Source: Hemiscyllium ocellatum (taxonomy: Eukaryota). From it: DNA of 64,000 nt. Position numbers and translations under genes: made by a program. Of this stretch, positions 13,120-25,760 are shown in pieces. Positions within the stretch are counted from its first letter, which is position 1. Every line of letters starts with the position of its first letter. The notes under the pieces are model-generated. The model was not told where the DNA came from. It ran no database searches and saw nothing but the letters and a program-made list of their open reading frames with translations. Location of the stretch: the NCBI RefSeq assembly GCF_020745735.1, contig NC_083409.1, positions 41,250,048-41,314,047 of the forward strand, in the 5' to 3' direction.

Positions 13120-14050
13120 CAGAAGGATGAAGATGGGTTAAGGAAATGGCAAAAAACTTGTGAAACGTGTGGAAAATATGAGGTTATGTACTTTGACAAG
13201 AAGAATAGATGAGCTGAAAATTATTTAAGTGGGGAAAGACTGCAGGCTTTTGCCTGAAACATCGATTTTCCTGCTCCTAGGATGCTGCCTAAACTGCTGT
13301 GCTCTTCCGGCACCACTAATCCAGAATCTAGTTTCCAGCATCTGCAGTCATTGTCTTTGCCTTGCAGAAAATTGCAGCATAGATTAATTTAGGATAAATT
13401 ATGCATAAATCACAAACAGCTAGCAACTGATTCAGTAGGTAACGAGGAAGGCAAATGTACTGTCTGCCTTTAATTCAAAGGGGATGGAGTCAAAAATTGT
13501 GGAGATCTTGCTAAAACTATACAAGGCACACATCTGGAATACTGTGAACAGTTGAGGTATATTGGAGGCAGTCTGGAGGAGATTAACTAGGATAATTCCC
13601 AGAATGGAGGAATTTTCTGATGAGAAATGTGTCGGTGTAAGTTTGATCTTTACTCATTGGAGTTTAGAAGAATGAGGGGAAGCATTATTGATACATAGAA
13701 AGTTCTGAGGGAGCTTGACAAGTGGGTGTGGAGAGGTTGTTTCTGCTTGTGGGAGAGTCTAGGACCAGACAGGATGATCTGAGAATAAGGAGTCACTCAT
13801 TAGAGACAGAGATAAGAAGGAATTTGTTTTCTCATAAAGGGTAGTGAGTTTGTTTTACCAAAGAGGATGAGTCACTAAGTATATTCAAGGCTGAGGTAGA
13901 CTTTTAATCAGTAAGAAAATTAAGGTTATGGAGATGACACAAGTAAGTGGAGTAAATGATCGTCAGCTTATCCACAATCTCAGTGAATAGTGGAGCACAC
14001 TAATGGGCTGAATAGTTCACTTCTGCTCCTCCATCTTATGGTCTTATGGC
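13120..14050 (+). mobile_element. CR1 subfamily 2, 3' fragment
   Basis: HLEYCEQ and LYSLEFRRMRG remnants; tail cttctgctcctccatcttatggtcttatgg. Confidence 0.75.
13246..13362 (+). mobile_element. Penelope-like 3' fragment nested in CR1
   Basis: gcttttgcctgaaacatcgattttcctgctcc...ttccagcatctgcagtc; tgcag on both flanks. Confidence 0.8.
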
Positions 14051-14135
14051 CTACTCATGTTTCCATTTCTTATGGGCGGCATTTGAACCCCAAATCTTCT
14101 AACTCTGAAAAGACTTACATAAAATATTTCTGCAA

Positions 14136-15103
14136 GGATTGGTGCTGGGTCCACTGATTTTTGTCATTTATATAAATGATTTGGATGTGAACATAGGAGG
14201 TATGGTTAGTAAGTTTGCAGATGACATCAAAATTCGAGGTGTAGTAGATAGCAAAGAAGGTTACCTCAGAGTACAACGGGATCTTAATCTGATGGGCCAA
14301 GGAGTGATAGATGCAGTTTAATTTAGATAAATGTGAGATGCTGCATTTTGGAAAGGCAAATTAGAGCAGGACTTAATGGTAAGGTCCTGGGGAGTGTTGC
14401 TGAACAAAGAGACCTTGGCGTACAGGTCCATAGTTCCTTAAAAGTAGAGTGACTGGTAGATTGGATAATAAAGAGGCATTTGGTTTGCTTTCCTTTATTG
14501 TCAGAGTATTGAGTATAGGAGTTGGGAGGTCATGTTGCAGCTGTACAGGACATTAGTTAAGCCACTTTGGAATATTGTGTTCAGTTCTGGCCTTCATGCC
14601 ATCGGAAAGAAGTTGTTAAACTTTAAAGGGTTCAGAAATGAATTACAAGAATGTTGCCAGGGTTGGAGGATTTGAGCTATAGGGAGAGGCTGAACAGGCT
14701 GGGGCTGTTTTCCTTGGAACGTCGAAGGCTGAGGGGTGACCTTATAGAGGTTTATAAAATCATGAGGGGCGTGGATAGAATAAATAGCCAAGGTCATCTT
14801 CCCTGGGTAGCAAAGTCCAAAACTAGAGGGTATGTGGTTAAGGTGAGAAGGGAAAGATATGAAAGGGACCTAAAGAGCAACTTCTTCATGTGGAGGTTGA
14901 TGTGGAATGAGCTGCCTGAGGAGGTGGTGGAATCTGGTACAATTACGTTTTAAAGGTATCGGGATGGATATATGAATAGAAAGGATTCAGAGGGACATGG
15001 GTCAAGTGCTGGCAAATGGGAGTAGATTAGTTTAGGATATATGGTCCTCATGGACGAGTTGGACTGACGGGTCTGTTTCCGTACTGTGTCTATATGACTC
15101 TAT
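14136..15103 (+). mobile_element. CR1 (HER1-like) LINE, 5'-truncated RT
   Basis: VLGPLIFVIYINDLD..SKFADD and LNRLGLFSLERRRLRGDLIEVYK; CR1 tail ending tatgactctat. Confidence 0.92.
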
Positions 15104-15226
15104 AATTAACTGTCAATCTCTACAGGCTTGTGTTTGAAAAAGAAACTACTCATGACTTTTATGCCTAATCTCTCAGTTATTCAGCAATTGTCTCTTCATT
15201 TATACCATACTGAAGTTGACATTACT

Positions 15227-17564
15227 TAAGGCTATAAACTGTACTGCCTCCCATCATTAAGGAAGACCAGACAGGGTTCATGAAAGGTCACAGCTTGCCG
15301 GATAATGTTAGGAGACTACTTAACGTGATCCAGCCTTGTCAACAGCAGTTGGTACAGGGATTGGTGATCTCCCCTTAGATGCGGAAAAGGCCTTTGACAA
15401 GGTTGAGTGGCCATATCTTTATCATACTTTCAAGTCGTTTGACCTGGGAGAGACCTTCAGTAAGGTGAGGAGGTTTTGTATAGTGATCCTCTTGCTGCAG
15501 TCCTCACCAATAGTATATGATCAAGCAATTTAAATATTTGTAGGGGCAGTAGACAGGGCTGTCCCTTGTCATTACTGATGATCGAACCATTGGTGGAGGC
15601 AATATGCAGGGATCTCAATATAACCGCTCCAGAAGTGGGGACACAGTCATATAAGATCGCATTGTACGCAGATGACGTTCTTGTCTGCTTATCAAACCCA
15701 ACAGTCTCAGTGCCACACCTGATACAATGCATCAATCTATTTGGTGGCTTCTCTGTTTATAAGATCAATTTTGCGAAGTTAGAGGCCATGCCCATGGGTG
15801 GTCTCCTGAGAGTGCCTGATCCTGAGGGTGGACCTCAGTTCCCTTTTAGAGTTGCAGGAGGGCTTTCTCTACTTAGGTATATTTATTACTCCCATTTTTG
15901 ATTGGCTATTTAAAGCCATTTTTGCCCATTTATTCGACAGAATCAATAACCTTTGTAGATGGGAGGCGCTTCCGATCTCTTGGTTAGGTTGGATAGCCCT
16001 CATTAAAATGAACATTCTGCCCCACCTATTTTATCCTATATGAATGCTACCTCTGCAAATATTTAGAAGACTGAGTGGCTGGTTTAGTTCTTTTATCTGG
16101 TATTGCAAGCAGCCCCTAAGTAAATTGACTGAACTGCAGTTCCCTTACAGACTGGGAGGAGTGGGCCTCCCAGATATCAAAAACTATCACTTCAGCTTGT
16201 TGCTATCTTACATAAATGATTAGGCCGGGGAGGACCCTCACTCACTTTGGTTGCACATCAAAGCATCTCAAGCAATATGCCCCCTTGTTAGCCTGCTGTT
16301 CTTAGACAAAATGAGAACAGTTAAGGAATATTGCTATAGTCCAATAGTCATCAATACTGTCAAGGCATGGAGGGCAATGCATCAGGGTGAGGGCAATATT
16401 ACCAAAACATCATTTTTGACACCCATAGTTGGTATGCTGGTCTTTCAGCCAAGGATGATGGACTCTGGATTTAAACGATGGGCAGCTGGGGGTGTGAATT
16501 GCCTGGGTGATTTATTTGAAGGGGACATGTCCTTTGACCAGTTGGCTTGGACGTATGAATTGCCAAGTAGGGACCTCTTTCATTTCTTTCAAATTAGAAA
16601 CTTCACACGAAGAGAGACCACACTTCTCACTGATCCTTATAGTTCCGACGTGGAGAAGAGGGTGTTATGTGCTGAGGATACATTATCTGTTAGCAATGCT
16701 TATCATCTAGTGGGAGAGGGCCCCTCAGACGAGACTAAACGACTGTATAAGGTATGGGAAAGGGAGTGGGACATTGCGATCTCTTCTGAAATATGGGACG
16801 GCATCTGGGAAAATGCAAGAAGGATCCCGATTTGCACCAGGACCCATGCCTAGCGATTGAAGATTCTCCACTGGCCCAGATTGCTTTGCTAACTTTAAAG
16901 CGGGAGCACTTCCAATGTGTCCTAAATGTAAAGTGAGCGTGGGCACGCTTACTCATTGTCTTTGGTCCTGCCACAGACAGGCATACTGGAACGCTGTGGG
17001 AGGCGAAACAGAAAAGGCCTTGGGGACGGAGGTGGAGATGCACCCGGTATCTCCTCTTCTTGGTTTTGTTAATTCACTTTCATTGGATGCACAGTAAAAA
17101 AGGCTTTTCAGTATCCTCACTTTTTGTGCCAGAAAGAACATTCTAATCGAGTGGGTGTTGGACAATCCCCTGGGAGAGCAGCTGGTGTAAGCTAGTCATG
17201 GAGCACATCCCCTTGACTTCCTTACGAGAATGGTGCGCCATAAAACTGCGAATTTCTATAAGAGTTGGCAGCCCTTTTAGGACTACCTAGGTACAGATTT
17301 GACCGCCATTCTAATAAAAGCCTAATAAAAGCCTTTATATAGCCATGGCAATTCTGAGTAATGAATCTGGTATCCAGAGAGATTTATCTTTATTATTGTT
17401 AAGACTTTCTTTTTTAGTTTAGTTATTAGTTGATATTTATTTATGTAATTAGCAGATTTGTTTTTTTAATATTGGTTTGAATTGTTTGGTTTTGTATTTG
17501 TTGCAATATTCAAAAGAGAAAAGTTTCCTTCGGAAGAAAATAAATTTTAAAAAGAAAAAAAAAA
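15227..17564 (+). mobile_element. 5'-truncated L1-clade LINE (ORF2 RT to C-terminal zinc knuckle), frameshifted
   Basis: IIKEDQTGFMKG, LDAEKAFDKVEW, GSRQGCPLS, YADD, CPKC..THCLWSC. AATAAA plus poly(A) at ~17538-17564. TSD gacattact at 15218-15226 and 17565-17573. Confidence 0.92.
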
Positions 17565-17788
17565 GACATTACTGTTCATTCATGTCTGGCGAGGAGTAAA
17601 ATTTATATTTAACTCCAATGTGCCTTAATTCCAAATTTAAAAAATTATATTTCACCCTCCCAATGTATTTCAATTGCCTGCCTCACTGTATCGCTTAGTG
17701 CTGAATTGTAGTTGGCTGGAGAAGATTAGGTGAGTGCTTTAAAATGATTAAAGGATTTAAAAGCGAATGTGGTTGGGGCTCATTTGGC

Positions 17789-18077
17789 TAGATTTAGATT
17801 TCCTACATTGTGGAAACAGGCCCTTCGGCCCAACCAGTCCATACCAACCCGCTGAAGAGTCACCCACCCAGACCCATTTCCCTCTGATTAATGCGCCTAA
17901 CACTATGGGCAATTTAAGCATGGCCAATTCACTTGACCTGCAGGTCTTTGGACTGTGGGAGGAAACCCACGCAGACACAGGGAGAATGTGCAAACTCCAC
18001 ACAGCCAGTTGTCCGAGGCTGGAATTGAACCCAGGACTCTGGTGCTGTGAGGCAGCAGTGCTAACCACTGAGTGCCT
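17789..18077 (-). mobile_element. HE1-type tRNA-derived SINE
   Basis: Minus strand: cagtggttagcactgctgcctcacagc, B-box-like ggttcaattcc, tgtgtggagtttgcac core, CR1-like tail. Confidence 0.9.
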
Positions 18078-18969
18078 CACCCCATTGTAAACTCGCAGAG
18101 AGACAATGGCCTGTGGACTTTGGAAAATGAGGCTGCAACCTGAAGAAGAAAATATTCTCACTGATAGGAGCAGTCCAGAGAATGGAATATTCCTCCAGAA
18201 CAGACCCTTCGGTTCAACTCATCCAAGCTTGACCAACGTGGAGATGTAACTTGAACATTAGAGCTGGACTGTCAGTGGTGACAGCAGAAGCAGTTCACAC
18301 AAAGCAGAGCAAAAATCTGGAGCCCTTACTGTTAAAGAGGTTGTTTGAAAATTTGAGAACTACTATTGATTTTTTTTTGTTAGACGTATTGTTATTGAAA
18401 ATTACAGAATCAAGGTGCTAGACAATGTTAAGATACAGATCAGCCAAAATCTAAGTAACTACTGGAACAGACCTGAGGAGCTGAATGCCTGTGGACTGTT
18501 AATCGCTCCATTCATAAAGGAAGCGGCTGTGTTCTATAACGGCACTGTTCCCTCAAACTGCTGCTAACTAGCTGCTGTAGGACTGAGAGCTTTGAAGGTC
18601 TTTATTTTCTTTTGTGGTCTTATCCGATATTTGGTGCAACTGTTTGATTTCTGTAAAAATAAGATTCTGAGGTTCAATGCAGGGAGGGCATGCCTGTTAA
18701 TACCTCGGCTTGATGTGTAGTCTCTTAGATTTGTGAGCTTCTTCAACTCCTGCTAATATTTAACATTGTCAAGTTCTATTTGATGCTCAACTTCAAGCTT
18801 TTATAAGGTATTTCTCAACCGCAGGAACTTTGCTGTTGAGTTTCTGCTTCTTTACTGAAAGAAATCTCGAGTGCCTCCACGACTTGCTGCTTTATATTCA
18901 AATTTAATGATCCCTGTACCTTCAATACTGTTATTTATTTCTCTACTTTCTAAGTTATTCCTACGATCT

Positions 18970-19142
18970 GTAATGCTGGACTTCTTATTTCTTCATTTTG
19001 CTAATTTTGTTTTCCTGGTAACAATACTGAAGAGTCTGTACAGAGGTATCTTATACCTAAGATGGAGCCATAAGTAGCGACTTCTAAACTTTTCACCCTA
19101 CTCATTTGAGTACATATGACAATGAAGCTAATGCAATTCAAT
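18970..19142 (+). mobile_element. Non-LTR 3' tail, same family as 2700-2885
   Basis: Direct similarity to 2700-2885. Confidence 0.55.
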
Positions 19143-19929
19143 ATCAACTCCATCCACATTGGCCTTCTGTGTTTCCTTTACTGTGGACAATTTCCCAACA
19201 GTTGCTTACAGTTGTTGAACTGTGACTTGCTCCACTGTTTGAGGTTTGAATTATTTCTTAAACAGTATCATGTTCATCTTGCTCACTGTGGTAAGTTAGT
19301 GTTGAAGCTCTGAAACTGCTTTCTGGGGGGATGGATGCTTTCTTTCTAGCCCCATCATGCTGAAAATCTCAGACTCTATGGTTGCTTTATTCGCTGTGGA
19401 AACTTTCGAAACTTCCTTTGCTCTCTACAGTAATTGGACTAATGAGAGGTTACTTTCTTGCTTCCCAGCTGCGCTCCAGCTTTCAACTCTGGGGCGAATG
19501 TCCTGACCTAAGTGTGGCTGTGGTTGCTGTTCCTGCATTTCCTTTGCAGGTCTGTGTAATAGTAGACAACCTTGCTATTTCTTCATCCTCTTTGAGAAGG
19601 AATTATATGTTCAGAAACTAACACCTGAATCCAAAACTGCAGGAAAGTCTGAAGTTTCAGATTTGAGTAAATGAGTAACTCGTGTGCTGGTTTCTTGTTG
19701 TATAACTACATTCTGAAAGAGCCAATTTTACTCCAGAATGCCCTCTGCTAGCTGCCCACTGCTGCCTGTGGTAGCTTCTTTACTCACAGTTTCAAGCTCC
19801 TGTTTTAAGAGAAAGGGAGATTCCATCCCATTTTTTTGCAATGCCAGGACTGAAATGTCCTCTATGTCTGTGAACTGAAAAATGTAGACAGCTACACAAG
19901 CAGCTCCACATAATATTGTATCTTAGCAT

Positions 19930-20192
19930 TGGCCTAGTAGTGGCATTGTCACTGAGCTGTTAATCCAGAAACCTAGGTAATGGGGAGCTGGATTTGAATC
20001 CCACCATTCCACCATGGTGGAATTTGAATTCAATAAAACTGTGGAATTAAGAATCTAATGATGACCATTTTCAGGTAAAAGCCCATTTGATTCACTAATG
20101 CCCTTTAGGGAAGGAAACTGGCCTACATGTGACTCCACACCCACAGCAATGGGTCAGTGAGGTCCTCACCCCATGAATAAATTTTTAAAAAA
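19930..20192 (+). mobile_element. tRNA-derived SINE, family 2
   Basis: B-box-like gatttgaatcc; core ggaatttgaattcaataaa...ggcctacatgtgactcca; similar to 25412, 38030 and 40888. Confidence 0.8.
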
Positions 20193-20477
20193 CGTGGTGC
20201 AAAGTAACACAATCTGACCCCTTACTCTGGTTCTAGTACTTCCAAGGTTTAATTAAAGTTTAATTGAAGATGGTCTGAGGATTCCTGGCCTCAACCATGG
20301 CGTAGCATCCACAAGAATCAAGATGTCTGTCACAGTATCCAATTTAAAGCTAGTATCTCAGCCATTTGCTTTAATATCTGTGTACCAAAATGTGTCCTAT
20401 GGCTCTGGATCAAGGAAGTTGAATCGTTGCTGTAGACCTACCAGGAGGAGTTCATTCTGTAATTCCGTGGGGCCTAC

Positions 20478-20748
20478 TTAGATTCTCCACAGTATGGAAA
20501 CAGGCCCTTCAGCCCAACAAGATCACCCTGACCCACTCCCCTCTGACTAATGCACCTAACACTATGGGCAATTTAGCATGGCAAATCAACCTCACCTGCA
20601 CATCTTTGGACTGTGGGAGGAAACCAGAGCACCTGGAGAAACAAGGAGAATGTGCAAACTCTGCACAGACAGTTGCCTGAAGCTGGAATCGAACCCAGGT
20701 CCCTGGCGCTGTGAGGCCACAGTGCTAACCAGTGAGCCACCATGCCGC
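20478..20748 (-). mobile_element. HE1-type SINE
   Basis: Same head, core and tail as 17789-18077; B box ggttcgattcc on the minus strand. Confidence 0.9.
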
Positions 20749-21049
20749 TTGGACTCCTGTGGTTAGCTGTGGACTATATTTAGTTTTCTGTCCTGTTGCT
20801 CCAGCTTCTTCTGGTCTCTTTCTCATGACGAAATAAAACAGGCTGAGTTGGGTTCATATTAGTGAAATTCCTTTCTCAGTTCCTTAACACACTTGTCTTT
20901 GCTGTAACTTCCGAGTGCGCACTTGCTCCCTATCTCTGGAAATACTTTTAAAGATGCTCAATGGATGTCTTCCTGTTCTGAACCATGTTGTTATCAACTT
21001 TTAAAAAAGGGGTTAGACTGTAAAGGAGCCCTGAAAGCCAAAAAGTAGC

Positions 21050-24010
21050 CGTTAAGAAGTCTGTCTTTAAGAATAATATTCCTTGAGACCTGATGGCAAC
21101 AATGACCTGACACATGGATCCCAAACAGGCAGTAAAGGTAAACGGAAACCAGTGATGAGAACCATGAGATTAGCTCACCAATGAACTTAGGCATCAGAAA
21201 AGACAACAGCAGAAATAGCCCTGTTGACTCTGCAAAGTGCTCCTTACTAATATCCGGGGTTAATGCCAAAATTGGGAGAGCGGTCTCACAGATGAGTTGG
21301 GCAACGGCCTGAAATAGTCATACTCACCAAATCATACCTTACCGACAATGTCCCTGAAACCATCATCACCATCCTTGGGTAGGTCCTGTCTCACCGGCAG
21401 GACAGACCCAGCAGAGGTGGCGGCACACTGGTTTACAGTTGGAAGGGAGTTGCTCTGGGAGTCCACAACATTGTCTCCAGACCCCATAAAGTCTCATGGC
21501 TTCACATTAAACAAGGGCAAGGAAATCTCCCGCTGATTACCACATACCATCCTCCCTCAGCTGATGAATCAGAACTCCTCCATGTTAAACATCACTTAGA
21601 GGAAGCGCTGAGGATGGCAAGGACACAAGATGTCCTCTGGGTAAGCGACTTCAACATGCACCGTCAAGAGGGCCTTGACAGCAGTACTACTGATCAAGTT
21701 GGTCAGATCCAAATGGACAAAGCTGCTAGACTGGATCTACAGCAGGTGGTGAGGGAACAAGAGGGAAGAACATACTTGACCTCATCTTTACTAATCTGGC
21801 AGTTGTAGATGCGTCTGTCCATTACAGTATTGGTAAGAGTGACCACCGCACTCTCTTTATGGAGACGAAGTCCCACTTTCACATTGAGAATAACCTCCAT
21901 CGTGTTGTATGGCACCATCACCCTGCTAAATGGGACAATCTTCAAACAGATGTAGCAATTCAAGACTGGGCATCCATGAAGCATTGTGAGCCATCAACAG
22001 CAGCAGAATTGTACTCCAACACAATCCATAACCTCATGGCCTGGCATCTCCCTCATTTAACCATTATCACCAAACCAGGGAATCGACTCTGGTTCAATAC
22101 AAAGTGCAGGAGGACATGCCAGGAGCAGCATCAGGCGTACCTGAAGATGAGGTGTCTACCTGGTGAACTACCAAACAGGAATACTTGAATGCCAAATAGC
22201 ATAAGCAACAAGTGACTGACAGAGCTAAGTGATCCTACAATCAATGGATCAGATCTAAGGTCTGCAGTCCTGCCACCTCCAGTCATGAGTGATGGTGGAC
22301 GATTAAACCACTCATTGGTGGAGGAGGCTTCACAAATATCCCCATCTTCAATGATGGAAGAGCCCACACAACATCGCAAAAAGATACCGCTGAAGCTTTT
22401 GCAGCAATCTTCAGCCAGAAGAGCTGAGTGAATGATCCATCTTGGTCTCCTCCAATGGTCCCATCAGATACCTGTCTTCAGCCAATTTGATTCACTCCAC
22501 GTGATATCAAGAAACGGTTGGAGACACTGGATACTGCAAAGGCAACATTCCGGCAATAGTACCAAAGACTTGTGCTCCAGAACTTGCTACTTTCCTTGCA
22601 AAGCTATTGCAGTACTGTTACAACACTGGCATCTACCAGCAGTGTGGAAAACTGCCCAGGTATATCCTGTACACAAAAAGCAGGACAAATTGCTATCCCA
22701 TCAGACTACTGTCAATGATCAGTAAAGTCATGGAAGGTGTCATCAACAGTGCTATCAAGCAGCACCTATTCAGTGATGACCCACTGGGTTCCACCAGGGC
22801 CACTCAGCTCTTGACCTCACTACAATCTTGGTTCAAATGTGGACAAGAGAGCAGAATTCCAGAGGTGAGGTGAGAGTGACAGCCCTTGACATCAAGGCCA
22901 CATTCAACTGAGTGTGGCAGAAAGGTTCCCAAGCAAAACTGTATTCAATCATGGTTAGAGTCATATCTGACATGTAGGACGATGATTGTGGTTGTTGGAA
23001 GTCAGTCATCTCAGCTCCAGGACATCCCTGCAGGAGTTCCTCAGGATAGTGTCCTAGGCCCAACCATTTTCAGCTGCTTCATCAATGACCTTCCCTCCAT
23101 CATAGGGTCAGAAGTGTGGACGTTCACCAATGATTGCACAATGTTTAGCATCATTTGCAACGCCTCAAACACTGAAGCAGTCCATGTCCAAATGCAACAA
23201 GATCTGGACAATATCTAGACTTGGGCTGACAAGTGGCAAGTAAGATTCGTGCCGTACAAATGTCAGGCTGTGACCATTATCAATAAGAGGCAATCTGACC
23301 ACTGCCCCTGGACATTCAATGGCGTTACACTGAATCCCCCACTGTCAACATCCTGGGGTTATCATTGGTCAGAAATTCAACTAGATTCACCACATAAACA
23401 CAGTGTCTACAAGAGCAAGTCAGAGGTTAGGAACACTGTGGTGAATTACTCACCTCCTGAAAGCTTGTCCGTCATCCACAAGGCACAAGTCAGAAGTGTG
23501 ATGGAATACTCCCCATTTGCTTAAATGGTTGCAGCCCCAACAACACTCAAGAAACTTGACTCCATTCAGGACAAAACAGCCCAGTGATTGGCATCACATT
23601 CACAAGCATCCACTCCCTCCACCACTGACACTCAGTAGCAGCAGCATGTACTACCTACAAAATGCACTGCAGAAATTTACCAAGGATCGTCAGACAGTAC
23701 TTTCCAAGCCCATGAACACTTCCATCTAGAAGGACAAAGGCAGCAGATATTTGGCAACACCACCACCTTCAAATCCCCTTCCAAACTGCCTATCATCCTG
23801 ACTTGGAAATATGTCATCATTCCTTCACTGTGACTGGGCCCAAATCCTGGAATTCAGTCCATGAAGGCATTGTGTGGATCAACACATAGCAGGTGGACTC
23901 AGCGGTTCAAGAAGGCAGCTCACCATTACCTTCTCAAGGGCAACCAGAGACTGGCATTAAATGCTGGCCATCCAGGAACGCCCACATCCCACAAATGAAT
24001 AAATTAAAAA
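21050..24010 (+). mobile_element. Near-complete but degraded ORF2 of a CR1/L2-group LINE (APE endonuclease + RT)
   Basis: NIRG, HRQDRPSRGGG, YHPP, DFN, ILDLILTN, SDH (APE). WKTAQVYPVHKK, PIRLLSMISKVME, LDIKA, GVPQDSVLGP..FINDL (RT). Tail caagggcaa...aaatgctggcc...cacatccc..aatgaataaa. Confidence 0.9.
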
Positions 24011-24233
24011 ATCCAAATCCAAAGTTAGACAAAATATGTAATGAAGCTCAGCAGTGGTGGATATTGGCTAGTAACAGGTTTCAAGGCCTACCTAGCAATG
24101 AATTACAAAATGTGAAAGCCTGCGCAAAAGCTGAAGGAAGAGTCAGTGAAAACCCATAACCCAGAATAACACATTCCCTGCAAATTAATGTGAGTCTCTA
24201 GATTAAATTTAAGGTGTGACTATTTGGGAGGAA

Positions 24234-24415
24234 GTGTCTGAGGAGCAGGAATGTGGACATTTCAGGCCGGAGTGCTTCATCAGGGAACTGATTCATCAAG
24301 GGCTCCAGCCTGAAACATTGACTTTCCTGCTCCTTGGATGCTGCCTGACCTGCTGTGCTTTTCCAGCAACATACTCTCAACTCTGATATCCAGCACCTAC
24401 AGACCTCACTGTCTC
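24234..24415. mobile_element. Penelope-like fold-back insert (decayed)
   Basis: Short inverted arm plus sense arm with tail; TSD ctatttgggaggaa at 24220-24233 and 24416-24429. Confidence 0.85.
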
Positions 24416-24463
24416 CTATTTGGGAGGAAACATAGTAGATGTGATCTTCATAAATATTAAACA

Positions 24464-24937
24464 GCCACATGTACTATGGAGGTCTTTCAGTGCAAGCGGT
24501 GAGCTGAATCTGCCTGATAAGTGCTGTGATTTCCATGTCATGTTGTTTTGTTTGGAGTGTTGATCAGAGACAGTGTGACTTGGTCTGTTAACAAGGCACT
24601 CAGCAAGCAACAATGCCCCTCTAACTCGCATATTGCTGCTGTCTAGTAAGAAACTCCTCACCGTTTGTCAAAATCATAAAAGATGGAACAAGATTCTGCC
24701 AACATTGAGATGGGCCTCGTTGGAATTTTGGTCCGATTCTGCCAAGCATCTTGCCTACATCATTCGGATGCCTACACGATTCTACCCAAAATGTTTTTAA
24801 TTGACAATGCTCCCGTTGACTCTCTTCAGATGTATCAACTACCTTCATGGTTCTATTTACATGCAGACTGGTGTTTGCCATGGAGAGGAGCCACTTTATA
24901 AGAATGACATCTACTTCAGTTAAAAACAAGCAATTGG
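24464..24937 (+). repeat. Left arm of a long inverted repeat (partner 26839-27293)
   Basis: Aligns to the reverse complement of 26839-27293; 7 mismatches in the ~208-bp core 24527-24734. Confidence 0.95.
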
Positions 24938-25063
24938 AACTTTTTAGTGAGTGTTATATCTGACAACATTATAAAATAATGGAACGAGTAGGGACTCCTC
25001 TTCTGTACTGGCAAAATTGTACATTAAATTTGTCACTGCACAAAATTGGTATTTACAAGTACA

Positions 25064-25262
25064 GAGCTGAAAATGTGTTGCTGGAAAAGCGCAGCAGGTC
25101 AGGCAGCATCCAAGCAACAGGAGAATTGACATTTTGGGCATAAGCCCTTCTTTAGGAATGAGGCTCATTCCTGAAGAAGGGCTTATGCCCGAAACGTCGA
25201 ATCTCCTGTTCCTTGGATGCTGCCTGACCTGCTGCGCTTTTCCAGCAACACATTTTCAGCTC
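25064..25262. mobile_element. Penelope-derived palindrome (99-bp arms, 1-nt loop at 25163)
   Basis: gagctgaaaatg...ggaatgag G ctcattcc...cattttcagctc; TSD tatttacaagYacagag at 25050-25066 and 25264-25280. Confidence 0.95.
25167..25202 (+). ncRNA. Minimal type I hammerhead ribozyme motif
   Basis: AUUC-CUGAAGA-A-GGGC(UUAU)GCCC-GAAA-C-GUC^GAAU; helix I AUUC/GAAU; predicted cut after 25198. Confidence 0.75.
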
Positions 25263-25411
25263 CTATTTACAAGCACAGAGTAAATTATCCAACAAGTAAC
25301 ACAAACAGCCTTAAATGTCCCTGAAAATAACCAGCAGCATGCAGCTAAAGGGCAGCATTCTGAATCACTGAGACAGTCCTCAAGACTTCTCCTGATTGCG
25401 AACACAACTTT

Positions 25412-25760
25412 GGCAGATGGTGATGTTGTCCTAATGCTACCCAACTTGTAATCCAGAGACCCGGGCTAATGTTCGGGGGACGTGGTTCAAATCCCTCCAT
25501 GGTGGAATATAAACTAAATTGATTAATCTTGAATATAAATAAGTAATGTTGAACATAAAACTAACATAGATTGATATATAAGCCCCTCTAGTCCCTTTGC
25601 TATATGTTATCCATTAGTGTGTGGCCTGTATATGACTCCAGAATTACAGCCATGTGGTGGACCATTGATTGCCCTCTGAAATGGTCCAGTTAGCCATTCA
25701 GGCAAGGGCAATTAGAAATGTCAGCCTTGTCAGCAATGCCAATGTATGAAAGAATAAAAC
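25412..25760 (+). mobile_element. tRNA-derived SINE, family 2
   Basis: B box ggttcaaatcc; tggcctgtatatgactccaga core; caagggcaatta tail. Confidence 0.75.

Noticed and set aside
16251-16853. 200-aa ORF as an independent gene
   Set aside because: It is an internal piece of the frameshifted L1-clade ORF2 bounded by a TSD and poly(A).
18540-19900. Possible decayed antisense coding sequence (ORF1-like or pseudogene)
   Set aside because: Composition looks coding on the minus strand, but there are many stops and no identifiable motif.
24621-24929. 102-aa ORF (and the 64-72 aa ORFs) within the inverted-repeat arms as duplicated genes
   Set aside because: Frames are not preserved between the arms (indels and stops) and no domain is recognisable.
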